Source of the DNA: Catajapyx aquilonaris
Lineage: Eukaryota
Direction: 5' to 3'
Length of the DNA: 20,000 nucleotides
Assembly (NCBI GenBank): GCA_000934665.2
Contig: KZ538423.1
Span: 51,873 to 71,872 of the forward strand
Shown here: positions 10,581 to 20,000 of the stretch, in pieces
Layout of the letters: the number at the start of each line of letters is the position of its first letter
How positions within the stretch are numbered: the stretch's first letter is position 1
The notes under the pieces: generated by a model
Told to the model about the DNA's origin: nothing
The model's database searches: none
The model's input: only the letters and a program-made list of their open reading frames with translations
Program-made: the position numbers and the translations under genes

Positions 10581-10775
10581 GCAGAAAGTATGTTTGTTTG
10601 TATGTCCTGGCTACCTAACACACTTTCCAACTACTGAGAGTGCAAAATCTTGGCACACTGATGTCTGGCCTGCCGCTGATTGAATAAAAAGTCCGAAAAC
10701 CACACATCAAAATCCTAAATGTGGGGTGACATTTAGGATTTTGATGTATATGGGATGTTGTTTTGTTTGCTCTAG
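10581..10775 (+). mobile_element. 5'-truncated Helitron-like copy related to 7078-7503
   Basis: GCAGAAAGT..TGTATGTC..CTACCTAAC.CACTTTCC.ACTACTGAGAGT..CTTGGCACAC.GATGTC..CCGCTGAT..AAAAAGTCCGAAA is shared with the 7096-7393 region. Perfect 19-bp hairpin at 10704-10747, then CTAG|T at 10772-10776. Confidence 0.6.
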
Positions 10776-12477
10776 TAGTTCCGGTAGACGCCACTGATGG
10801 CGGTAGCTGGCAGGGCTAGCGCTTCCGGATATGTATAATAGATGGCGTTGCTGAAATGACGCGGTATGTTCGAAAAGTAACAAAAGCATCCCGGTATGTA
10901 ACTTACAAGTGATATTTCTCAGCATGAAACTTTAATACAAAATGACATCAATATGAAAAATAGAACTGTACATAAATATGCATAAACTTCAGCTAATATG
11001 TGCGTGTCAGAGCATGTCCTGTGTCAGATGTCACGCTTTTCCAAGCTGGTCTTGGCAATTGCATCACACTTTAACACTGCCAGTAAACTAACAACGTTTC
11101 ATGCCAGCAAAAGTGACAGCCCCCAATTGCTCCTGAATTGAAGCGGAATGAGTCAAAAACCCACGCGCGACGTATTCACTTACTCTGTTAATTGCAAAGC
11201 CCCGCCATCCTGCAAATGCAATCTACGTCCTTCCCAGCAGTGACAAAATATTATTTTAAGCGCACTTCATAATAAATACAAGTGTGGGGACAAGCAAATC
11301 CAGGGGTACTTCTGAAAGTGACAAGTACAGTACTCTCCATAGTGAAAATTTGAAAAGCAAAAGATACCACTAAGTTCGCTGCCATAAGTAGCGTTCTCCT
11401 GGCTTAATATTCATAACTGTCAGGCTGCGGCAATTGCGCTTCACATGAGCTGGGCGTGAATAAAGCCTGACGTGAATTTGGGATTCGCTGACACTCTTGC
11501 CCCCCACCATGCTTCCTCTCGGGGGCCCTTCATTGGCATGCGGGAGAGTGTTTGAGCAAAGCAGAGAGGGGGGGGGGGGGGGTTCTANTACACTCTCTGG
11601 ATTTACCCCCTACTCTAGCTCTATAAAAAAAAGTAGGGGTAAAAACAGGATCGAGTGGAAGACAAGAGACATAGATTGGCAGGTAACCGCGGAACCGCGG
11701 ACACCGCCGGCAATTGCCAGCCACGGCCGCAGACTCTGATGTCACCAGCCCAGAGAGACCCCGAAACCGCCCTCAAGCAGACAGACACATGTATTTCCAG
11801 CAAAGGTTTTTTTTTTTTGTACAGGGGCTTAGATGTTTCCTGAGCTGGTTTTTTTGGTTGGTACAGAGAGTAAGGTTCATGGAGCCACATAATGTCCAAG
11901 GTGTGAATTGTATGAAACACTCTGTACTTTCACATTCCAGTCATATCTTAACTGCTTCTATTCACTGTTCAGCATTATTTTTGGGACTCTTTGTTCCCTC
12001 GGGATAAATGTGATGTGTCCAACAATTTCGATTTGATTCCTCTAATGGTATTACAATGCGTCAATGATAATGCTCTCATTGAATCCCTCAATCGGGGAGC
12101 AGGAAATGTTAGGGCCCTTTGTTTCACTGTGATAAAATGAGTGTCGGCCAATCAGGAACAAATGCTCCAAAACAATGCGTGTTTGGAAGAGACTTCGGTT
12201 AGAAAATTGATGGTCGATTAATCACTAGCCATCAGTGCAATAGGGAAAGATGCACCTCCTATTCAGCCTGCTTCTACTTACAGCCGCTGCCCTAACATTA
12301 ACATCTTCAGAAGTAAGTGTTTTGATTGGAAACTATACAGGGAGTAACGTTAATCATTGGTTGCCTTATTAACGGTTATTAACGGTCATTTATCGCCTCT
12401 ACATGTTAAGACTTGTTAGGGGCTCAATCGGAAACAATGGCAAAGAATGACCTGCATTTCTGACTCACTCTGTATAT

Positions 12478-13301
12478 ATGTCGTTACTTGTAGTCGCTAC
12501 ATTTTATTTAGCAATATACTGCTTATATTTTCAGAAAACACTGTGTAAATATGCAGATAAAATATTAGGAGGATGGCGTGACGTAGATGACAGATGTACA
12601 ACTGGGAAATCGGTATGCATTCATCAATTTTTACCAAATATCGCATCTAGTTCATAATGTCACCACTGTATTTGTTATAGAAAAAGATACTTGATGGCTA
12701 CCTCGAGGGAGATCTGTTCGCCGGCATATGGGTGCCCAAAAAGAAGGATCCCAAGGCAAATGTGCAGCTGCAGGATGTCATTAAGAAATGCAACAGAAAA
12801 GGTAAACATATGCACATACATGCACTTGTTTCATGTCAAATCCCTTTTTAAAACTCCAGCCTGTCACTTGACTGGTTAAATTTCCAGAGAGCCCTTAATA
12901 CTTCTCAACTTTTGAAAATTTGAATTTTGCAGTGTAATATTGCATGTGCTCAAAATTACGTACGAATTATAATGGTATTAAATAAAACAAAATTTCATCA
13001 AATAACGCTTTTTAAAATATATTTTTAGACAACCCCCTCATGGTACTATTTGATGATCCATGCCTGAAAAGCAAGATGGTTTACATCTGTGTGCTCCAAG
13101 AAATCTCAAACGTAAATATATTTAACTTATTTTTATTCGCAGGGAGATGATAAGTTACATTGACGGCATACTGCATATTATTTTCGTCTAGCATACGTTG
13201 ATACAGAAAGTGTAAAACTTTATCTGGCTTTTTCTTTCTAGCTATGCAAATCGACCAAAGATGTTTCTGGAACTGGAAAGAAGGGCAAAAAGAAGTTCTG
13301 A
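12478..13301 (+). CDS. Small secreted six-cysteine protein, paralog A (~132 aa, 4 exons; possibly OBP-like)
   Basis: Exons 12478-12612, 12681-12801, 13029-13111 and 13242-13301 with GT-AG introns in phases 0, 1, 0. Translation: MSLLVVATFYLAIYCLYFQKTLCKYADKILGGWRDVDDRCTTGKS/KKILDGYLEGDLFAGIWVPKKKDPKANVQLQDVIKKCNRK/DNPLMVLFDDPCLKSKMVYICVLQEISN/LCKSTKDVSGTGKKGKKKF*. Hydrophobic N-terminus, AATAAA at 13360, and exon-by-exon homology to paralog B. The start codon is the least certain part. Confidence 0.85.
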
Positions 13302-13963
13302 GATCTCCTGCTGCAATTATGGAGTACTGCAAATATCAGCTGACTAGATTTTTAGTACCAATAAAATGCACTATTCCTATGCAGTTCTTGTTTCATGTTA
13401 TTATTACACGCATTCCATGTATTGCAAAATGCTCGCCTTATAGAGGCACACTGGGCATTAAAATTACAACAGAAAAAAATACTTCCAGCAACTCTAAAAT
13501 GTATGCATATGATTTCAAGCAATTGAAAACATTTCAAAAATTTTAAAATGTCATTAATTTACGGCAGGCCTATGCTACTATTTGTATGTCACTCTTCCAT
13601 CACCTAAAGCAATTTAATTTAAACTATGAACTCATTAGTCAGTGACCGAAGCAATGGAAGTGTCACATTCTGTGTTCGCCACTGGTCAATACATTATTCT
13701 GTGATTCATGCTAATTATCTCGGTAGCGATAAGTTCAAGGTAATGAGGGCTATAACACACGTGCTGAATCTATTAAGATATTATACAGCATGAGTAATAA
13801 TAACAATTCCAATTTCTTTGTTCTCCCAGCACAAAACCCTTTCTTCCACTCTATGCAACAGTTCGATACGTCAGTGATAACAAGAACAGTACTTGCAAAT
13901 ACCTCAGTCGATATAGACGTTTGCATGGTAAGAGTGAAGCCCACTGTATGTGCTGCTGATAAT

Positions 13964-15081
13964 ATGACCAGCTTAACTCTTCTTCTCTTCCTGGTAATAG
14001 CAGTCACTTACACCCAGTGTGCCAGCCCGTACTGCTCCTCTGTCAATAAGATACTGAACGGATGGCATGATGTTGCTAAGGGATGCGATGATGGATCGGT
14101 AAGTCATGTTTATTATCATTGATAATTAAAGGGTGCATAAATGTCAAAGAGTCATGATTTGGGCAGTTAATATCAATATTTGCTAATAAAAACTTGCAAC
14201 ATGACTCTGATGGTCCTGCATTTTATGTGCAACCTTAATTTATTAAAGTCAGAAGACCTCGATGCCGGAGAGTTGTCAAAGAAATGGGCTAAAGACGGTG
14301 CAAAGGAATTGAAGGATGTGATTAGCAAATGCAACAAAGCTGGCAAGTATTCATATACGATCCATGATTAACACTTGTCTCGCAATAAGCCTCGAAAACT
14401 ATTTAATTTGATTTAAAACATTTTAGATAAGCCTCTCGTTGGAAAGTATGGAGATGCGTGCCTTAAAAAGAAACTGGTTTTCTTTTGCGTTGTGGAGAAA
14501 GTCAGCGAGGTAAATATTTTATTCAATATATCTCGTTGCTATTTTTAATGTTAGCTTTTAAAATTAATATCACTTGTTTTCAGTGTCTACAATTCAAAGG
14601 GGGAGAAGTTGTGGATTGTTGGCTTCAGCAATAAGCTTTTAAAAAATTGTTTGCTGGATTAGACAATCTATATTTTCTCTCTCTGATCCCACTTGGACAG
14701 TACACCACTCGTTATAATAATTGTGTTTAACTGTTTAATTTTTAGTGTTAAGTCTTTTACATGTTTATGCAATAATTTAGTGTAAAAGTGTCATTTTCTG
14801 CCACAAGTCTGCCATCCCAAGGAGAAACACCATATCTCCGAAACTAGTAAGGGTGAAAGTCGCATGCATGACATACACTAATCCCCCCCTGGACCTAGGG
14901 TAATTAGTGCAGGGCATGCACGCGACTTTCACCCTTACTACTTTTGGAGATACGGTGTTTCTCCTTGGGATGGCAGAAGTGGTCTATTTGGTTGCACACA
15001 TGTTATCATTTCTGGCCTGTGTGTACTACGCTGTTCTTATTTTCATTCCAGGAATGTCCGACCAAGTCCAAGAAGGGTTGA
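13964..15081 (+). CDS. Small secreted six-cysteine protein, paralog B (~113 aa, 4 exons; possibly OBP-like)
   Basis: Exons 13964-14098, 14249-14342, 14427-14509 and 15052-15081 (alternative last exon 14584-14634). Translation: MTSLTLLLFLVIAVTYTQCASPYCSSVNKILNGWHDVAKGCDDGS/SEDLDAGELSKKWAKDGAKELKDVISKCNKA/DKPLVGKYGDACLKKKLVFFCVVEKVSE/ECPTKSKKG*. Signal-peptide-like N-terminus. Exons 1 (135 nt) and 3 (83 nt) match paralog A in length. Intron 2 is GC-AG. AATAAA at 15132. Confidence 0.85.
14809..14976. mobile_element. Palindromic MITE, 168 bp, 4-bp TSD (Sola-like, tentative)
   Basis: ~74-bp imperfect arms CTGCCATCCCAAGGAGAAACACC...CACTAAT / ATTAGTG...GGTGTTTCTCCTTGGGATGGCAG around a ~20-bp spacer. 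AAGT is duplicated at 14805-14808 and 14977-14980. Confidence 0.85.
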
Positions 15082-16004
15082 AAGTGCAGATATGTCGCAT
15101 CATATAGCGATCAAAATCGCAAAAACAAGCCAATAAACACCCACTGGCGTTGTACAGTCATCATTATTGTCCACCTATTTTCTATTCAAATACTAGCTAA
15201 TCCATTTCTGATTTGAGGTAGGCACGTGAAGGTCTGAGTGGTACCTGTACCGAACCCATGTAATTCATCAGCAATGCGACTTTTGTCTGTGGCACCACGT
15301 TGGCTTCCCCCTTTCGGTTGCCAAGGAGTCACGACGACTGTGTGGCGGTGGTGACACCACGTCTTCTCCTCCTCCTCCTCTTCCTCCCCATGTCTCTCTT
15401 TCCTTTCCTTCTTCCTGACAACCTTTCCTACCCCCTCCAACCATCCCCTTCGCTCCTCGTAATGTCAACCGGACAAACGGTCTCAGCGCGGATGAATTAT
15501 TCATCTCACACTTTTATAGACCCTTTCTCTCTCACACTACTCTAGCTATGATGTATGTGTTTCTGGCTGTGTGTTGCCCTCCCTCCTTCTCCATCCCCCA
15601 CTTTCCATCCCCCTCCTCCCGCTCAACCAATCTCCGCTTCCTGAATCTCTGACAACAAACGGAGACTGTAATGGAAGACACTTGAAATATTAATATTCCC
15701 GGGCAATTCAATACAATATGTCGCTGTTAAATCGAGGCTTTCCAGACTCGCCTTGAGGCTTGAGATGAATATTTCATTGCTTTCTTGTTGCCCGGATACG
15801 ACCTCTCCCCNCCCCACTCCTCCCTTTGCCTTTCCCTACCCCCAACCCACCCTCCAAAACACCACCGCCACTATACCACGTCTCCAAGAATTTACCCAAA
15901 GGACGACGAAGAATATAAAGCTCCGGAACTCCTTAATACACAAGATTATGCAGTGCTGTAATACCGTTTATTTTTTTTACAAAGTATAGCATCGTAATAC
16001 ACAA

Positions 16005-16334
16005 TCTATATAAATAAAGCCGTTTGTGCGTCTGTCTGTCTGTCTGTCTGTCCGCCTGCCAACCGTCATTTGCCTGCCATTTGTGCTCCACCCCCAGGCC
16101 GGGAGAGGATGGAGGTGTTGGGGGTTGACTACAGATATCAGGCAAATGACGGTTGCCGTTATACAGGCGGGAGAGGTTGAAGGTGTTGGAGTAGCATGAC
16201 CACAGATGGCATTGATGGCCGGACACACAGAATTCTGTGTGTCCAGCCATCAAAGACAGACAGTTGACGGGGGTACTGGCAGGTGTTTTCCCTTCATTCA
16301 TTTCTTCCCGGGCAACGCCTGGTGCCGCAGCTAG
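16005..16334 (+). mobile_element. Non-autonomous Helitron, 330 bp
   Basis: A|TCTATATAAATAAAGC 5' end, (CTGT)n microsatellite at ~16032-16052, subterminal GC hairpin CCGGGCAACGCCTGG (16308-16322) and CTAG|T 3' end. Inserted between A and T with no TSD. Confidence 0.88.
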
Positions 16335-16416
16335 TTAATAATATTGCTTATTATACTGTATTTATTTATTTGCTATTGATAGGTCATTTAATACTTGTTA
16401 CTTGCTACTCTAATTC

Positions 16417-16719
16417 TGAGTGAAAATCACTCAATAAGAGATCGAGTGATTTTTACTCAAAATGAACTTATGTAAAATACACATTTAGAGTCGAGACAAA
16501 TAATGTGGAATACAGAAATATTAAGCAAATATTATTTTTGATATAACTGTATATGCCCATATGTGTCTGTAACAAATTTGGAGTAATTTTCACTCAAATA
16601 AGTAGCAATTTGAGTGAATATCCCTCGGTAAAGATTTCAACTCAAATCGAGTGGAATTACTAGAAATAAGAGTTAAAAATAGAGTGAGAGACCACTCTTT
16701 CGGAGTGAAAATGATACTC
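16417..16719. repeat. Array of short GAGT-N(6-9)-ACTC palindromes, probable decayed DNA-transposon subterminal repeats
   Basis: TGAGTGAAAATCACTCA, GAGTGATTTTTACTC, GAGTAATTTTCACTC, GAGTGAATATCCCTC, GAGTGAGAGACCACTC, GAGTGAAAATGATACTC. Confidence 0.6.
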
Positions 16720-17168
16720 CATGAGACGTCCCTGAGACGTCAGTTTTTAAGGAATGATAATAATAAGCCCCGGATAAAAAGCGGAAAGTAGTTTTACTGT
16801 TTTGTTTCGTTTTTCCGGAGGCGGCGGAAGTGCGCAAATGGGAAGCAATTCTCCACGTTCGGGAGCGATTTTCGACGGCTTGATAAGCAAGGGAAATGAA
16901 GATCGAGGGGGTCGAAATTAAGTTGGAAGTTGTTCGTTCTTAGCTCGGATATGTAATCAGCTGGTGCGGGCTTTGGAGAGCAAAAGGTAAGAATAACTAT
17001 AGTTACTCCTAGCTCTTTCCACCAGATGGACACTTTCATATGGAGCAATTATGTGGCCTGGTTTGCAATAACTAAAAGCTTCGAGGAAACGACTGTCGTA
17101 TAAAATAATTAGTAAGGTCGAGAACCCCTATAGGGTCAATACTTATCAAATATTTTGAACTTTCTGAA

Positions 17169-17337
17169 ATATGAACAGTCCTACATATATGAACTGTCCT
17201 ACATATATGAACTGTCCTGCATATATGAACTGTCCTGCATATATATGAAGTTTCCTACATATATGAACTGTCCTACATATATGAACTGTCCTGCATATAT
17301 ATGAAGTTTCCTACATATATGAACTGTCCTACATATA
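17169..17337. repeat. Minisatellite, 18-20-bp unit ATATATGAACTGTCCT(A/G)C, ~9 copies
   Basis: Direct tandem repeats with a higher-order alternation of variants (GAACTGTCC / GAAGTTTCC). Followed by TTTTCTGCGTG, a possible orphan CAC-type terminus at ~17389. Confidence 0.92.
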
Positions 17338-18109
17338 GGACACAATAATATATGCAATATATGGGTTATTATTTCAAATTTTCTGCGTGTTCATCAGGGG
17401 TTAGTTAGAGGAAGTATGTGTAGCCCAAGAATTGCTTTCAAAACAAAGTGTCGAAGTCCTCTCTTTGCCGGTTCGTCAGTGGCGCGTGTCCGCGGCTGGC
17501 TCTTTGTGGAAGCCGACACTTTTGATCCTGTTGCGGGGAAATCCCCAAGCGAAACCTACTGCCCTTCTTTTGTTCTGTGGAGCCAGCAAGGGGTGGCTCC
17601 AGAAAACGAAGAGGGAATAAAAAGAAGCTCCCTTGGTCCCTCGTTACCAATTTATCGCTTGGTAGAAAAGGGGAAGGTTTACCCCCTCCCCCCCTGTTCC
17701 TCCTTCCCCCATCTCAAAATTGGACAAGTCCACCCCTAGTAAACTTCCCTGGAGTCGTCCCCTCTTTTTTTACCAATCCTTCCGAGGCGACAACGAATCA
17801 TTGGCCAAATTTAAAAACCAAACAAGCACCCCCTCTGTCTGCTCGTCAGATGCAAATCAGCTTAAGCCAATGCGACCCAGGGTGTATCTTGTTATCCGCC
17901 TATCCACATTTGACTATTCAGGAGGAAGCATCAACCATGGGGAGCCGGACCAGTGAGGTCACCCAAGATGGAACAACCCCCTCTGGTGCCTCAAATTCGT
18001 TTATCATCACCCCCCCCCCCTATCAGAGATCGACTATTCAAACACCCAATTACATGGGGTGTAGGGGAAAAACTTGATAATCCTCATTTTTATCCATTTC
18101 TGCGAGTGT

Positions 18110-18246
18110 ACTATGGGGAACAAATTATTTTGGCCACTTCATCCTGGTCTTGAAGCAACCCTTTACACACACGTCCCCGTGGGACCTGTGCGAATGGTTG
18201 CTTCAAGACCAGGATAAAGTGGCTAAAATAATTAGAGCCCCATAGT
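18110..18246. mobile_element. Palindromic MITE-like element, 137 bp
   Basis: ~50-bp imperfect arms ACTATGGGG..AATTATTTTGGCCACTTCATCCTGGTCTTGAAGCAACC / GGTTGCTTCAAGACCAGGATAAAGTGGCTAAAATAATT..CCCCATAGT. The end resembles Transib CACTATG, but no TSD is seen. Confidence 0.7.
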
Positions 18247-18769
18247 CATATTTTCAGATGTAAATGCCAATTAGTGGTTCGGGTTTCAATATATCGTTTA
18301 AATGTCTTTCCTATCTCGTATCTATCTCCGTTTCTCTTCCAGCAGCCGGAGTCTTTCTCTCGGTTGGGAGGCTCTTGGTGAGGCAGAAGAAGGGAAAAAA
18401 CATTCTCGTTTCCGCCTGAATGGGCATCACTGGGCGATGGGTTTCCTGCATGGCCAGCCTCCTTCCCCAACTTCCATCTCAACAAGCACTAGCAACCTCC
18501 CCCCTTCTCCCTACCCCCCCAGACTCCCCAAACCCTCCCCACATCGCATCTCTGCCAATACTACCAATGCTGCTACAGACCCTCTCGATTTATGCCTTCG
18601 ATTCAGATCCCAGGGGCAATGGATTCCACGAATTTCCTCGTGGGAAAACGGAAGAGCCCTTCTAATAAGCGGTGTAGCAGAAACCTAACCCAGAAGGAAT
18701 ATCATTTTGTAGTACACATACGTTTTTGGTGTCTTATTGTATTAATTAAATGCTGGGGAATAGCAATTT

Positions 18770-19350
18770 GGGAAAATATTGAGAATATTGTGGAGTAAAA
18801 TATTGGAAATATCGATAATTAGGAGTGAAATATTGCAAATATCGATTATTGGGAGTGAAATATTGCTAATATCGATAAAACTATTGGTAATATCAATAAT
18901 GTGGAGTAAGACATTGGTAATATCTATGAAAAATATCGGATATATTGACAACAGATAATAATAATATCGGTAATATCGATAATTGGGGAGTTAAATATGG
19001 TTTGTTGATCTGCAGGACCTGTAGGTTGGGTCAGCCCTTATCCTCATTCAAGTAAAATATTGGCAATATCAATAGAAAATATATTGTGAAGTCAAATATT
19101 GGTAATATCGATGCAAATAATCGGCAATATCGACGATAGTGGAGTAGAATATTGGCAATATTGATAATTTTTGTGTAAAATATGGATAATATCGGTAATT
19201 GGGGGCAAAATATCGGCAATATAGATCTAGTGAAGTCAAATATTGGTAATAATTTGGGAATAAAATTGGCGAATAATTGGGGGCTGCTATTAGGTAGAAT
19301 ATTAGAGAAAAATATGAATAATTTATTGGAGAAGATAATATTGGAGGAAT
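18770..19350. repeat. Degenerate ~30-bp satellite (GGAGTNAAATATTGGNAATATCGATAATTG)
   Basis: Recurring AATATTGG/AATATCGAT motifs with ~30-bp periodicity, interrupted by unrelated sequence at ~19000-19050. Confidence 0.8.
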
Positions 19351-20000
19351 AATTTTTTAAGCAAAAATACACATCTCTTTACCTCTTTACATGACTTATT
19401 GCAGGGATGTCCGATTTTGTCACATACAAATAACGTGTACGCTCAATTTTTTTTTTTTCCAACGGCCCATCATGGCAGAATTTTCAATCAACATCTCTCA
19501 GGGATGACATCTCAGCAGAGAAAAGCTCTCGTGTTGGATAATCCATCTATATTGTGGATGGGATGGGATGAAAAGCGGGCTATATACTGACCTACTTTTC
19601 AGTTTTTCCAGAGTAAATCCACTGGGTTCATTAGTGATGTAAAATCGATGTTCAACGTGTATTGAATTCCACACGGCGAATAAAAAATCGCGTTGATAAA
19701 TAGGTGTGCCATCCGTGGGCTGATTGCAATATTGCTGCCCCGTCAAGGTTCAATTGCTATTTTTTTTCTTCTTCTATGTCAATCTTTCAGGTCACTAACC
19801 CTATCGCAATTTAGGCTGGTTAATACAAACTGTTAAATTTTATTTTAATCACTACATAGCAATGCCCTCTCTTCAGGCCAATCCTCGCGAAAAAAAAATC
19901 ATAAGAAGCTGCAAAGTTGGCAACTCTCCATCTTCTTGGGTCCTTCTTTTTTGACCCCCATCCACCCACTGGGGTAAAGGGGGGGGGGGGGCGTCCCTCC

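Noticed and set aside
13143..13163. Alternative last exon of paralog A (GDDKLH*)
   Set aside because: It would need a 31-nt intron, which is implausibly short, and it loses the sixth conserved cysteine.
13790..14122. 110-aa ORF as a single-exon gene
   Set aside because: Only 13964-14098 is supported (signal peptide, homology to paralog A, GTAAGT donor). The rest is upstream or intronic read-through.
17416..18688. Cluster of 66-166 aa ORFs
   Set aside because: They overlap in several frames, run through C-rich tracts and a MITE, and show no motif or consistent splice structure.
18742..19372. Ile/Asn-rich minus-strand ORFs
   Set aside because: They are translations of the degenerate satellite.

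Overview
Eukaryotic genomic DNA, probably from an arthropod (inferred from (TTAGG)n tracts and short AT-rich spliceosomal introns). No long ORFs and no prokaryotic features are present. Most of the window is a mosaic of short non-autonomous transposons: MITEs with TTA, TTAA, 4-, 8- and 9-bp target-site duplications, three Helitron-type elements, a tRNA-derived SINE and several minisatellites, with nested insertions. The only well-supported genes are a tandem pair of paralogous 4-exon genes on the + strand (12478-13301 and 13964-15081), which the ORF track misses or catches only in fragments. They encode small secreted proteins with six conserved cysteines and a partial odorant-binding-protein-like spacing. 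The second gene needs a GC-AG intron and has two candidate last exons. Superfamily assignments rest on terminus and TSD patterns read by eye, not on database searches.
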